Assembly: GCF_006345805.1 (NCBI RefSeq) | Contig: NC_042997.1 | Coordinates: forward strand, 201,748,001-201,812,000 | Direction: 5' to 3' | DNA length: 64,000 nt | Source of the DNA: Octopus sinensis | Taxonomy: Eukaryota | Shown: in pieces, positions 50,685 through 64,000 of the stretch | How the letters are laid out: every line of letters begins with the position of its first letter | Numbering within the stretch: the first letter of the stretch is position 1 | Notes under the pieces: generated by a model | The model's database searches: none | What the model was told of the DNA's origin: nothing | What the model saw: only the letters and a program-made list of their open reading frames with translations | Made by a program: the position numbers and the translations under genes

Positions 50685-51365
50685 TGTTATAGGCACAAAC
50701 GTTGAAATTTGAGGGGAGGTAGGGTCTAGTTGATTACATTGACCTCAGAGCTCAACTAAAACTTATTTCATTAACCCTCGAAAAGGAGGATCTGCAAAGT
50801 CGACCTCAGTGGAATTTGAACCCAGAACATGAAGATGGACAAAATGTCACTAAGCATTTTGTCTGATGTGCTAATGATTCAGCTAGCTCATTGCCATAAT
50901 AATAATAATAATAATAATCCTTTATACAATAGGCACAAAGTCTGAAATTTTGTGGGGAGGGGCTAAGCTGATTACATCAACCCCAATGCTCCACTGGTGC
51001 TTATTTCATCGACCCTAAAAGAATGAAAGGCAAAGCTGACCTAAGTGGAATTTGAACTCATGGACGAAATGTGGCTAAGCATTTTACCCTACATGCTAAC
51101 AATCCTGCCAGCTTAATTGCTTGAAATTTTTGGCACGAAGCTAAATAATAATAATAATAATAATAATCCTTTCTATTATAAGCACAAGGCCTGAAATTTG
51201 TGGGAAGGGGACTGGTCAGTTACATTGACCCCAGTGTTTCACTGGTACTTAATTTATCGATGACGAAAGGATAAGTCAACCTCGGCAGAGTTAGAATTCA
51301 GAATATAGCGATAGGTGAAATACTGCTAAGAATTTTGCTGGCTTGCCAACGTTTCTGCCAGCTAA
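50685..51365 (-). mobile_element. Three consecutive SINE S2 copies separated by (AAT)n tracts
   Basis: Copies ~50685-50890, ~50915-51115 and ~51170-51365; (AAT)n at 50897, 51144 and 51374. Confidence 0.85.
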
Positions 51366-52114
51366 GTCACCTTAATAATAATTATAATAATAATTAATAA
51401 TAATAATCACTACTAAGGCCCATCATCATTGTCATTTTCACCAATACCCTCCACCACAGCCACCACCATCAGCATTTTAACTTTTTTTTACATCTGTCTG
51501 AGTCAGTTAGATGTGTATTGCTTTTAGTCACATTTCTTGACATTGTAAAATCATGATTGATTTTTGGTGAGAGAGAGTGTTTCCTGTCATTGACTGCTGA
51601 AACATGACTATTTGACACTAGACTGACATTTGTCCATTTTCCTTAAATATCCGGTCTATACATCAGATTACAATAGGCACAGGCCTGGTTATTCGCTTAA
51701 GAAATCAGTTTTCCAACTGTGTGGTTTTGGGGTTCAGTCCCACTGTGTGGTGTCTTCGACAAGTGTCTCCTGCTATAGCTCCGGGCTGACTGAAGCCTTG
51801 TGAATGAATTCGGTAGATGGAAACTGAAAGAAGCCCATTGTATATGTATACATGTGTGTGAGTGTTTGTGTGATTCTTGTAAATGAGTGTTACTATCATA
51901 CAAGCTGTGTCATTCATTTCTAATATTCTGTGAAAATATGTCTACAGAGGAAATAAAGGTCACTTGGAAACAAGTGAGGGGGTTGGCAACAGGAAGAGTA
52001 TCCAGCCGTAGAAAATCTGCCTGAATTAATTTTGTCCAACCCATGCAAGTATGGAAAAGTGGATGGTAAAATGACGGTGATGGCACATATCAACTTATGT
52101 CTTCTCAATTTATT

Positions 52115-53250
52115 TGAACCCTTTCTTGCAAGTTAATGTCGCCCATCAAGGCCAGTCTGTCTAACATTTGTAACTCTGAAAAATATTCCACATTGATACT
52201 TTGTCATCTATATCAATAAAACTCAAAATGTCTGTGAAATTTGTTTTATTAAATGGCAAATTTACCCAGGCAGGTCACTGCTGCATTACCGATGCCTAGA
52301 GATACCCCCACTTTGTACAAAAAAGGAAAAAGTTGTACACTAGAAAAGTTTTTACAGGAACGTCTGATTTTTATAATTTTGGTGTCAAAAGGACCATCAT
52401 GTTACAACATTTCAGACAAATATTTTGGCACTGCCTTGGGGACTCTGATCAGCAAGAAAATTGCGAAAACTTTGAAAAAACTGATTTTTCAGTTTTGCAA
52501 AGTTACATGGTAGAAAACTTTTTACTGGAAAGTCCAATTTCCTTGGTTTTTACAGCTAAAAAACCATGATGTAATGGTGGTTCTATCAATTATCTGTTTT
52601 ATGTCCAAAGCCATTCCTGTGCGACAAAAAAAACATGAAAAAAATCGATATCATACACTTTTTTCCCCTTTAAATCTTCAAAAACTTCTTACTGCTTCGG
52701 TGAATTGTGTTCAAACTTTACACACTATTTACTCATCCCAAGGATAACTTTAGGAGACTAAGTTTTGCACAGAATTCATCCACGTATGACCAACAATTGC
52801 AAAACTGAGTAGAAAACTGAATTTTTGCTCTTAAATCCCTCATTTTTTACCAAATTTGTCCAAATCTCACATGAACAATACAGATGACTCAACAATGGTT
52901 TAAAACTATTTTTGGTTAATATTCTTTATTTAACTTGTGAGGGATCTACAAAATACTGTGAATCATCACCTTTTTGTATTTCTGAAGAGTTACACCCAAG
53001 AAAGTTGTTTCAAGGAATGCCTGTTTTTTTTTTTTTTTTTTTGTGCTTTATGTTGCAAAAGAATCGCTATGTTGCATCATTTCTGGAAATTATTTCTTCT
53101 TTGCCCCTGTGCATCCAGGTTCTGCAGAAAACTGCGAAACATGGATACACCTCTCTCTCCAACAGCTTCATCTTTGTGCAGAGGGCTAGGTCTATGTCAC
53201 CCTTCCACTCTCACTCCTTCATGTGCGAAAAGGACTAATGGCACTTAGTT
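52115..53250. mobile_element. Possible decayed piggyBac-like DNA transposon
   Basis: Starts tgaaccctttc; composition like a DNA-transposon subterminal region; no matching right TIR found. Confidence 0.3.
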
Positions 53251-55024
53251 CATGCCATTTACACCAATCCCATCATAATTAGACAATATCCTATCAATAC
53301 CAATCTAAAAGGATAAAATGCCAGTGATGGCAAGACATTGTGTGATTTGTAAACGTTTCCCTCCACCACCATTACCTGAACTTCAAGCACTTCCTCTGGC
53401 ATTTGGTTGTTCAACTAATAGATGCCACTTGGGGAAAAATTCTTTCCTCAATGTGTATAACACACTTGCTCAAAGTACCATGTAGTGGGATTGAACCTGA
53501 GACCACATGGTCAAGAAACAAGCTCTTTAACTCCACAACTACTCCTGGTTAATAAAACAAACTACCAGGTAAGTTCTGAGTCACTGCAATCAGCAAATTG
53601 CCTTTCCTCAAAATTGCCGGTCTTGTGCCTTTATAGGAAACCATCATTAGATAACGTTTGAATGAATGATTTATATTTAAGAAAAATAATTTCTCCTATA
53701 TTTCTGCTATGATGTCAAATTATACTTGACTTTCCTTCAGACCATATTACATATTGCCTGACAATAAAATCTTCTTCAAAGATATTTCAATGTAACATAA
53801 ATGGTACTTATTTGCTAGGAAAATTGAGATTTGTCAGTGGAAATTACCATAAGATATCTTGGAAAAGTTAAAAGAATAAACATGATATCGAAAAGTATAT
53901 TTCTTAATCTTGTAAAAGAATTACTAGATTCTTATTTTATTTCCTTTCAATCAGCCATTTATATTAGCCAAATGCAACTTGATTGCTTTGATGGAAGAAC
54001 TAAATTAAATGTTTTATAGCATTTCAGTATTATTCATCTGATTTCGTAGTATATAGGGAGACTGTTGTGAATATAAAGAAATAATAATCTGGTATAGCCA
54101 TGTCTTTGTGGTGAAGAACTCGCTTTGTAACTATGCACTTTGAGGTTCAGTTCTACTGTATGGTGCCTTTAGCAAATATCTTCTATAGCTCTGGTGAGTG
54201 AATTTGGAATCTGAAAAGAAAACTGTTGCATATGTATGCATGTATGTACATGTGTGTGTGTGTGTGTGCTTGTGCATGAGTGTGTTGTGTATGTGAATGT
54301 GATCATCATCGTCGTTGTTTAACGTCCATTTTCCATGCTGGCATGGGTTGGACGGTTCAACTGGGGTTTGGGAAGCCCAGAGGCTGCACCAGGCTCCAGT
54401 CTGATCTGGCAGTGTTTCTTCAGCTGGATACCCTTCCTAACACCAACCACCCCGAGAGTGTAGTGGGTGCTTTTTTTACGTGCCACTGGATAACAACTAC
54501 AATTTCCATTTGAATGTGATTTAATTTTATTTTGATGTACTTGACTCAATAGGTTTCCTCAAGCATGGCATGTCACCCTACAATCCAAAGATACTTTTGA
54601 GTTGGCTGGTTATGCAACACTGGTGTAGGTTACAGCTGTGGTCTCACTTTATTCGCTGGGTCTTCTCAATCACAGTATATCTCCAGAGGCCTCGGTCTTT
54701 TGTCATTGTCTCTGTGAAGCCCAGTGAATGTTGGTAATATGATGCTTACATCGCTCTGCACTTTTGAGTACCTGTAGAATATAAAGAATCCTTTACTTGG
54801 AAAATGGGTAAAGATGAGCAGCTAACTGTAAAATCCAGCCTCCACACAAAAAAGTTCCCATTTGCCCTTTCCAGTTTTAGAATAACTACATAATGATTAT
54901 GTGTGTCTAAAGAGGGGAAGGGTTAGTGACAGTAAGAGCATCCAACCTTATAGCATTTGTATAACTTGTACCTGAAGAGAAATGAAACCTAAACATCATT
55001 TCAAAGGTGAAAATGGTAAAATAA

Positions 55025-55240
55025 TCCTTTCTACTAAAGGCACATGGCCTGAAATTTGGCGGGGTGAGGGCCAGTCAATTGGATTGAAACCAGTACACAA
55101 CTGGTACTTAATTTATCGACCCCGAAAAGGTGAATGGCAAAGTTGACCTCGGTGGAATTTGAACCCAGAACAAAGCAGGAGACGAAATACCGCTAAGCAT
55201 TTCGCCCAGCATTCTAATGATTCTGCCGCTCGCTGCCCTG
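55025..55240 (-). mobile_element. SINE S2
   Basis: Flanked by a repeated gaaaatggtaaa(a)ataat (probable TSD). Confidence 0.88.
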
Positions 55241-55329
55241 AAAATGGTAAAATAATTCCTATGTTTACTTATGCATAATGCAAGCAACTTAATACAAAGT
55301 ATTTGGATCAGAATTGATGGAGGATAAGT

Positions 55330-55445
55330 ATAAAATTATATTCGAAGGATCTCTGGAGTAATATTGCTTGACAGATTCTTGAAACTGAGCCAACTGGCTG
55401 GGGACCTATGGGTAAACCAAGATTCGATGGTCAGATAATATCCTT
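55330..55445 (+). mobile_element. LINE 3' remnant (RTE-like)
   Basis: QILETEPTGWGPMGKPR..WSDNI resembles the GxRxxGRPxxRW motif. Confidence 0.5.
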
Positions 55446-56547
55446 AGTCTCAACTGAGGCTAAGAATATTATCTGACCATTGATAATACACTTGGGAATC
55501 CAGCAGGAAAGTGTAATGGCAGTTGCTTTCGGTAGGATTCTGCCAACTCTACTCCCATGATTCTCATATGAATATTGGGCAGAGAAACTGGATGGATGGA
55601 TGTTAAAGGAATTGAGAGAACTAAAATATATTACTGATTTTTGGTTGAAAAAAGAAGTTGGGTGGATTCGTAGTGTAGTTGAGATTTGCATTGATAAATT
55701 AAGCAGGTGGAAGCTTGATCTCTCACCTCTAACATTTATTTTTATTATTGTATATTTGGGGAGTTTTAGCTACGTTTCTTTTTTTTTTTATGGTTTATGT
55801 AATTACTTTAAGAAAAGAAAATCAAGAATATTTAATGGTAACATTTAACTTATTTCATTAATTAAAAAAAAAGAACAACCTAAAATCTCCTTTGCAATTT
55901 TTAATTGAAAATTCATTAGCGGAAAATTCAAATAAGATTTCAAACACCAATTTATATTTATAATTATTTAATTATTTCAATGGCATTCTATATTGTAGAT
56001 TTGAAATCATTTTATTAAGGTTATGATTACTAAATACTTAAGCTGTTTTTTTCTTTCTTTTTGCTTTTTAACTTGAAATATGTTATAAATTTATTTATAA
56101 CTTATTAATCAAAATTTTATTTTAAACTAAAATAAGAAACTCATTTAAAGTTGATATTTTGGTCAAAGACTTTTTTTTCTGTTCCCACTTTTGTTACTAA
56201 ATTTGTGTTTCAGTACAATTTAACTGTTACCATATTTCTGTTGAAATACATTGCTTTCATTTCAATTAATTTTTGAAATTAATGACCAATTCAATAAAAT
56301 AACATACCTCAGCTTCTCATAGTATGGCATAAAACCACCTCCCTCGATACTACACCCCGTCTGTTGAGGGTTTTGTCTTGGTAGCCTCACTATTGCCAGT
56401 GCCACATAAAAAGCTCTATGAAGTGGGAGGTATAAGGAAAGGCATGCAGCCATAGAAACCATACTGAAGCAGATATTGGAGCTTGGTGCAGTTTCCTGGC
56501 TTGTCAACTCTTCTCAAACCATCCAAGCCTGGCAACACAGAAAACAG

Positions 56548-56650
56548 ACATCATCATCACCATCACCACCACCATCATCATCATCACCATCACCACCATC
56601 ATCATCATCATTCTTCTTCTCCCCCCTCTTCTTCCTCCTCCTCCTCCTTC
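56548..56650 (+). repeat. (CAT/CAC)n then (CTT/CCT)n, extending a SINE S3 tail
   Basis: Directly visible; source of the poly-His ORF. Confidence 0.9.
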
Positions 56651-57726
56651 AGCAGCAGTGGCAAATTTTGTCATTGTTAAACTGGTATTTAAAACAAAAG
56701 TTAACATGTAATTTTGATAGAAAGTTATTTAATTCACTAAAACAGGAAGTTTGTATAATAGAAGCAGGCATTGTCTCAGATAGGCTGGTAACAAAAGGGT
56801 TAAGTGCAGTTAAATCCATAGTTTTCATATGTTTATTGACACGGTCTCTTATATAGATGTTACATTACATTCATGCTCACAGGCATAGCTGTGTGGTTAA
56901 GAGGTTTGCTTTGGAACTATGTTGTCTGCAGTTCAATCCCACTACGTGATATCTTGGGCAACTGTCTCTGACCAGACTGATTTATGCTTTGTAAGTCAAT
57001 TATATAGGCAGAAACTTTAGTAAACTTGTGTGTGTGCATGTGTGTATGAATGTTGATATTTTGCTTGTCATTTGTTTGAGTGATGTAGTACCAACCATGC
57101 CATTCCTTGTTGACATTATGATTGATCACCGTGTGCTTTCACAGACCTGTGGCTTATAAAAATCCCCTGCCTGAAAAACAGTTGATAGATGATGAGAAGT
57201 GCATCTGGCTGTAAAATCCTATCTCCTAATTGAATTTAATCTTGGCCATACCAACATGGATAAAAGCAGGTGTAAAACTGTCATTAAACGAATGGACAAA
57301 TGTATTCTCATACACTCTCTTCTCTTTCTAGTCTTTGTTTTTTTTTATTCTTAACCCTTTAACATTCAGATTACTCTGTCAAATGCAAAGCTTATTTATT
57401 CACATTGTCTCGGATTAATCATACATTATCTTATGGTTACAAGATTTCAACAATGTGACCGTTTATCTTTAGAATGACAATGTAGAGAAGGTGTGAGAGG
57501 CCAGATCAGGTAAAATATTTCGGTTGGATATGGCTGGTTTAAATGCTAAAGGGTTGAACATGCACACACACACACACACACACACACACCACACACACAC
57601 ACACATGCATGCACACACACGAGTGGATGCATGCTGAAAATTGTCATTGATTTTGTATCAATTAACAAAAGGAACAAACATTTTCTCACATTTTAACTTA
57701 CACACATTTACCTTTACACACACATA

Positions 57727-58866
57727 TGCACAGGGTGCATTCCAGAAGTTTTCAGACTTCAGGAGAGACATTAATTTCTAAGAAGTACAAAACTCTGCTC
57801 TCCAACAAAGTACGATCTTCTGACTTCAATGTACTCTTGTAGTGCTCCAGTCACATCATGAAGGCCTCATGGAAGTCCCCCAAAGTAGTAGTGCCCAAGA
57901 TCCTTGTCACAGCTTCCTTCATCTTCACAGTGCCTTCTGAATGTGGCCAATGCCAGTGCTGCCTGACTGGCTCCTGTGCCGGCGGCACATAAAAAGTACC
58001 CACTACACTCTTGGTGTGGTTGGTGTTAGAAAGGGCATCCAACTGTAGAAACATAGCCAGACCAGATTGTAGCCTGATGCAGCTACTGGCACTCCAGACC
58101 TCAATCAAACTGTCCAACCCATGCCAGCATGGAAAATGGACGTTAAACGATGATGATGATCTAGCTTTCGTCACACATCAGCAGAAATGCAACTAGTTTT
58201 GCATTGGAGACATTGAGCTCAATCATCTTTCTGCTGTCACCAACTCATCTTTCCTTATGGTTTGTCACTAAGGATGTCCTTATATTTGTCCTTAAATTTG
58301 TCTTTTTGTATGTCACCCTGGGAACAAACTTTGCACAAATTTTATGGATGTTCAGATCTTTATGAATAATTCTGTGTACAGTTGTTATACCAACTTCAAA
58401 CCCTATGCTTATTGTCTTATGGACACATGACAGTCTACATCCAGAAAATTGCCAATTTTCTTGACCAGCTCTGATATTCTGATGTCCCTCTCTCACCTCA
58501 TCGTCTCTCACCTCCTCTCTACTGTCCATGAACCTCTTGTGTCGGTAAAAAACATGTTTAACTCATACAAGTTACTCCATAAGTTTCTGTAGTGTTAGTG
58601 GCCTGTTTAAGACTAAGTTTTATTGTATAGCAATCTACCAAATAACCTTCACACCCTGACTTCATTCTGCAAACTAATAAACTGTGACAAGCAGTGTTTA
58701 GTAGAGTGTGTTCAAGGTGCTGTTACAGCTGTCTTCATCTGGAATAAAAAGTTGGCAGGTCACCTTATCAAACAAACAGTAATGACATACTAAAATGTTA
58801 GTAATCTAGGACATTGGTAACTGTGTTTCATAGAAAGAGTCTCAGACCTTCTGAAACGACCTCATA
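57727..58866 (-). pseudogene. Decayed, internally deleted mariner transposon with nested SINE S3 (57945-58160)
   Basis: HKRFMDSREEVRDDE..TVHRIIHKDLNIHKICAKFVPRV (WVPR-type motif); C-terminal MKEAVTRILGTTTLGDFHEAF..WLEHY; degenerate TIRs cagaagttttcagact / agtctcagaccttctg. Confidence 0.8.
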
Positions 58867-58899
58867 TGGTCACACGTTCTCACTTATTCACACTTATTC

Positions 58900-59490
58900 T
58901 TTTATCCTTAAACATACAATCACACACATACACACAGACACGCACATGGATATGCACTCTGAGATTACATTGGCACAGACTGGCACACTAAACACACACT
59001 CACACACACACACTCTCTCTCTCTCTCTCCCCCTCTCTCTCTCTCACGCACACACACTTATACTCAATCTCACATATTCACACTCACATATTTGTCCTTG
59101 CACTCACACATCTGCACTCATTCGTTCTCTCTCTCACTCACACATACACACACTCATGGACACACAGACAAACATACGGACACACTCTGAGACTCATTGA
59201 CACAAACTGACACATACTAAACATATATTGACACACACATACACACACATCTGCACTCACTAACCACACACACACACAAACACACATACGCACACAGAGA
59301 GACTCACACAGACACACTCATATGGGCACATGGACACTCACTGAGACACATTGACACAGACTGACATACTAAACACATACACACACACTTATACTCACTC
59401 ACACACACACTCATATACATTTGAACTCACACATCTGCACTCACTCACACTCTCCCTCTCTCTCATACATACATACACACACACACATTG
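58900..59490 (+). repeat. CA-rich degenerate minisatellite with ~3 higher-order units
   Basis: Recurrent cacatctgcactca and actctgaga..attgacaca..ctgaca..ctaaac blocks about 190 nt apart. Confidence 0.8.
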
Positions 59491-60444
59491 CTCACTGAAT
59501 CTTAGAAAACAGGTATTGATTTCATAATGTCATTTCACTACACTTATTCATTGCTTAACAAAACTTCTGTTAAACAGCATTATTAAATACTCCGGTGAAA
59601 TTATTAAAAGAATAACTCTTTTTTCACAAATGGTGTGTGTGTCAATAAATTAAGTACCAGTTACATACTGGGATCAATCTAATTGACTGGCCCCCTCCCC
59701 CAAAATTTCAGGCCTTATGCCTAAAGTAGAAAAGAATCAGGCACAAGTGTGTGTGTGTATGTGTGTGCACGCATGTCTGTGTTTGTCTCCTACCACTCCT
59801 TGACAACCGGTGTTGGTGTATTTAAATCCCTGTAACTTAGTGGTTCAGCAAAAGAGACCAACAGAATAAATTTTTTCACAACTTCTTATTCTGTCATCAA
59901 TGCAGAAGATGAATGAAGCAGTAGAAACAATCTATTAAACTAATTATTAATTAAGAAACTGGAGTTACTAAATGAACACCAATGTAATTAACATCCTTCT
60001 GAGATATCACTTCTTAACATTTCTGCATCAGTCAATTGCAAGATAGATTAGTAATTTTCATGTTATTGCTTTTACTTTATTATAATTATTTATATCTTTT
60101 ATTTTTTTTTACTTGTTTCAGTCATTAGACTGTGGCCATGCTGGGGCACAGACTTGAAGGAATTTTTTAGTCAAATGAATTGACCGCCATATATTTGTTT
60201 TTGTCTTTTTTTTTTTTGTTAAAGCTTTGCGTTTATTCTGTTGGTCTCTTTTGCTGAACCAGTAAGTTACAGGGATGTAAACACACCAACACCGGTTGTC
60301 AAGGAGTGGTAGGAGACAAACACAGACATGCGCGCACATATAAATTTTTGGGGAGAGGGCCAGTCAATTAGATTGATCCCAGTATGTAACTGGTACTTAA
60401 TTTATTGACACACCAGTTGTTAAGCAGTGGTGGGAGATAAACAA

Positions 60445-60475
<31 letters not shown>

Positions 60476-60739
60476 CATTGAACTTCTTTCAGTTTCCATC
60501 TACCAAATCCACTCACAGTGCTTTGGTCAGTCCAAGGCTACAGCAGAAGACTTTTGCCCAAGTTGCCACGCAGTGGGTTTGAACCCGGAACCATGTGGTT
60601 GGGAAGCAAACTTCTTACCACACAACCACTCCTGCATCTACGTTAGTTATAATTCTCTGCAGTTTTTGAACAAAATAAGGTCATTGGAAATGCAGTTTGA
60701 TTTTTGAGCACCATATTGTACTGCTGTCACACCCACAAT

Positions 60740-61095
60740 AGTGCTGCTGCTGTTCTGCTCACAGGCATCTTGGACTATGTCCAGAAAAAGGCCACTTAAC
60801 TAATTGGAATTCACTCACTCACTGACATGCTTCAGCCTCTGGTTCACATAGGTTCTAGCTCCTCTTTCCATCTTTTCCACTCTATTGTTACTGCAATGGC
60901 ATCTGTTCCTCAGAGCAGGCTGGTCTCATGCACCCACCACTTGTCACTCTTTGCGCATACAACCCTTTCAGCCTTGCTCTAACCTTTATGTCCACTCCTT
61001 TCTCCCCCAGTGCATTGACCCACCGGAATCTTCTTGCTCATGTCTTTCCTGCTGTTGTTCATTTGCAACAGCTTAATTAAAACATTAACAGAATC
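60740..61095 (+). mobile_element. CR1/Jockey-like LINE 3' remnant
   Basis: Decayed LDYVQKKA..LQPLVHR..YVHSF..NLLAHVFP..LQQL motifs typical of the APE-type LINE ORF2 end. Confidence 0.6.
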
Positions 61096-61236
61096 AACTT
61101 CACTGGACTCTGAAGGCCTGCAAGGGTCAAAGGTCATGGCCACTGCCCCTTCCAGCAAACTTAAGAAAAAATCTCCAAAATTTCTATGTAACCAGTCAAT
61201 GGTTTGCTACAGCATAAGATTATTGTCTATCTAAAT

Positions 61237-61428
61237 CAGTGGTCCTGAAGCTTTTTAATATCTAGACCAGATCTAAAACGTGGATGTTTTCAGCAGGGCC
61301 ACACCAAAAACAGTAAGACACAAATGAGTTAAAGAAAAATTTATATTTATACAGGGAAGACCATTGGGGGGCTGCTGGAGGGATGCTTGAGGGCCACATG
61401 CTGCCCTGGGAGCCATGGTTAAGAACTG
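61237..61428. mobile_element. Probable hAT MITE
   Basis: cagtggtcctgaa ... gggccacatgctgccc..ggttaagaactg; TSD not confirmed. Confidence 0.5.
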
Positions 61429-61869
61429 AGGATTTAGATAGATGACGCTTTATAAATTATAATAAAAATAAGTCTTGATCTGATCAACTGAAATGAAGCA
61501 TAATTTCAGTTGTATTGATTTTTAAAAATTTGTTTGTTATAATGTTTAGACGTTGGTAAAAAAACATCACAAACTCAAAATGGCTTCTTATTTCTTTCAT
61601 ATTTTTTGTTATGCTATATTTTTTTTTATGTTATAGTTCTTTATTATGCTATATTTATCATGTATAAAAGGTTATATTTTGTTTGTATCGATATATAATA
61701 TTTTTACTGCCTCTGTCACAATTCTAGTCTTTCTTTGCTTTTTAGAACATCATACACTTTTGATTAATTTATGCCAAATATTGACAAACTTTCTTTAATA
61801 TCAGATCTAAAATGTTAAGGCTAAAATTGCTGATTGATTTCTAATGGAGAAAATTAATTATTTTTTCCT

Positions 61870-62075
61870 AGTCTAAGTACAAGGCCCAAAATTTTTGGGG
61901 AGGTGGGGCCAGTTGATGAGATCGACCCCAGTATGCAACTGGTACTTAATTTATCGACGCCAAAAGGATGAAAGGCAAAGTCAACCTTGGTGGAATTTGA
62001 ACTCAGAATGTAAAGACAGATGAAATACTGCTAAGCATTTCGCCTGGTGTGCAAATGTTCTTGCCAGCCCGCCAC
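61870..62075 (-). mobile_element. SINE S2
   Basis: Reverse complement of S2. Confidence 0.88.
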
Positions 62076-62090
62076 CTTGGAGTTACAATA

Positions 62091-62290
62091 ATATTCTTTT
62101 CTACTTTAGGCACAAGGCCTGAAATTTTTATTCTTATTCTGTCATAGCCCGTTTTGTGCTCATATGACTTTTCTGTTACTTTAAATCCGCACACTAGGCT
62201 GACGCCCCAATACACACAGTTGTACTTGTGTTTATACTCTTTTTGTGTTAGTTTACTGTATTCACTCAACAGATTATTGTTGTTGCTATT
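62091..62290 (-). pseudogene. R4/Dong-like ORF fragment fused to the S2-type tail
   Basis: SKLTQKEYKHKYNCVYWGVSLVCGFKVTEKSYEHK (cf. CSKLAQxEYKxRH..YEHxP) runs directly into aaaatttcaggccttgtgcctaaagtagaaaagaat. Confidence 0.7.
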
Positions 62291-63102
62291 ATTATTATTT
62301 TATCGTTATTATTATTATTATTACTACTGTTATTCCTATTTACAATTAAATTAAAATTACACTTGTGTTTTCACCAGCAAAAATGTGATTCATTAATCAA
62401 AGTCTGAACAGAGATTAGTTTCTGCCGATACAATTACAATATTAGTTTTTGTTTCGTTTTTCCCTTTAACTATTGTCGAAGCTATTTTGTTATGATGGTA
62501 TGAATTGGAAATTAACTTCTGTAAAAGCTAAATCGATTTTTAAAAACAAATGAAGATAAACTACTCATGTTGAGAAATATATAAGTAGTATTATGTTTTA
62601 GTGGCCAAAGTTAAAATACATAATATATATTTGTGACTACTTTAGCTATGTAACATTACTCTTTTAAAAATCAGTGTCTACAAATCTATTAACATTATTT
62701 GTATTTTTTTTGTTTTCTCATTTGTACATATTTTTTTGTTTTACTTTCAAGAAAATGAAATTTTAAGATATTTTTAAAAACAACACACATGCACACATGT
62801 GTAATTTACTTTTTAATTCACACTTTGTATAAATTTATCTTCTTATAAAGACTTTCATTGTTTTAGTAAGGAAAAATTGAATTTGAAAGATTTTGCGAAA
62901 TGGAATGATGTTTCCATTAATTATGAAGAGAAATAAAAATAAACTATGATGTAGTTACGACAACATTTAATAAGACTGGTGACAGTTTGACTATGGTGTT
63001 GTTGTTGTTGTTATATGACGAGAGATAGGACACTTAGAGCAGCGAAGAATGGTATAATCTACTATAAAATAGTCTCGTTATCATATTCAGTAGAGTCATA
63101 TA

Positions 63103-63327
63103 TATTTCTTTACTACCCACAAGGGGCTAAACACAGAGGGGACAAACAAGGACAGACAAAGAGATTAAGTTGATTACATCAACCCCAGTGCGTAACAGGT
63201 ACTTAATTTATCGACCCCGAAAGGATGAAAGGCAAAGTTGACCTCGGCGGAATTTGAACTCGGAACGTAACGACAGACGAAATACTGCTATGAATTTCGC
63301 CCGGCGTGCTAACGTTTCTACCAGCTC
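63103..63327 (-). mobile_element. Young SINE S2
   Basis: CpGs intact; 13-bp TSD gtagagtcatata (63090-63102, 63328-63340). Confidence 0.9.
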
Positions 63328-64000
63328 GTAGAGTCATATAGCATTGTGATACACTGCTGGCATGGGTTGAACAGTTTGACTGAGGGCTGGCAAGCCAGAA
63401 GGCTGCACCAAATTGAAGCCTGGTGCAGCCTACTGGCTTTCCAGTCTTCAGTCAAACCGTCCAACCCATGCCAGCATTGAAAGCGGACATTAAACGATGA
63501 CAATGATGATGATGTGACACATGCTTAACAAGTCATACTTAAAAACCTGGTCTTTCTATTAAAATAGTTTAAGCTTGCCAACTGGCATTTGTCAAAAGGC
63601 CAAGTGCTATTTATTTGTTTTAGTTCTTTATATTCTGAGTACAATCGCACCAAGGTCACTTTTGCATTTTGTCTCTTCATGGTTGATAAAATAAAGTACC
63701 TGTCAAATACTAGGATTAATGTAATCAACTGACTCCTTCCCCTTGCAGTTACTGGCTTTGTGCCTAGATTTATCTTTATCATCATCATCATTTTTAAGAC
63801 AGTGGTTTCCAAAGTGGGCACTTATTTTGTTATGACGGTATGAATTGGAAATTAGCTTCTATAAATGGAGGGTGTTGAAGAAAAATGGGACGATAAATGG
63901 ATGTAAAAAAACAAACAAAATAAAGGGTTAATCAGGTTAGGTTTTATTTGTGAAATACTGTTGTTTTGAATTTTGCTGCAGAAAATGGTCTCTGTCTGTG

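Noticed and set aside
56476-56856. Poly-His / poly-Ser ORFs
   Set aside because: Arise from the CAT/CTT repeat tail of a SINE

Overview
AT-rich animal genomic DNA made almost entirely of transposon debris and simple repeats. The SINE repertoire and RTE/R4/mariner remnants resemble octopus (coleoid cephalopod) sequence; this is inferred by recognition, not by a search. No intact protein-coding gene, tRNA, rRNA or CRISPR array is supported. All long ORFs are microsatellite translations, SINE read-throughs or decayed transposase/RT fragments. Six short-retroposon families are labelled S1-S5 and H here. Other content: RTE, R4/Dong-like and CR1/Jockey-like LINE remnants, Tc1/mariner and hAT transposase remnants, piggyBac/hAT/mariner MITEs, Helitron-type elements and many fold-back insertions. 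Best finding: family H has a tRNA-like Pol III head joined to a minimal type I hammerhead ribozyme of the Penelope-like-element (PLE) kind. It occurs in three copies, two of them as a TSD-flanked inverted pair. Two unrelated hammerhead-bearing elements are also present. Other signals: a possible SINE-R4 LINE partnership at (AAT)n sites, SINE concatemers, an apparent CpG-decay boundary near 13-14 kb, and weak candidate micro-exons.
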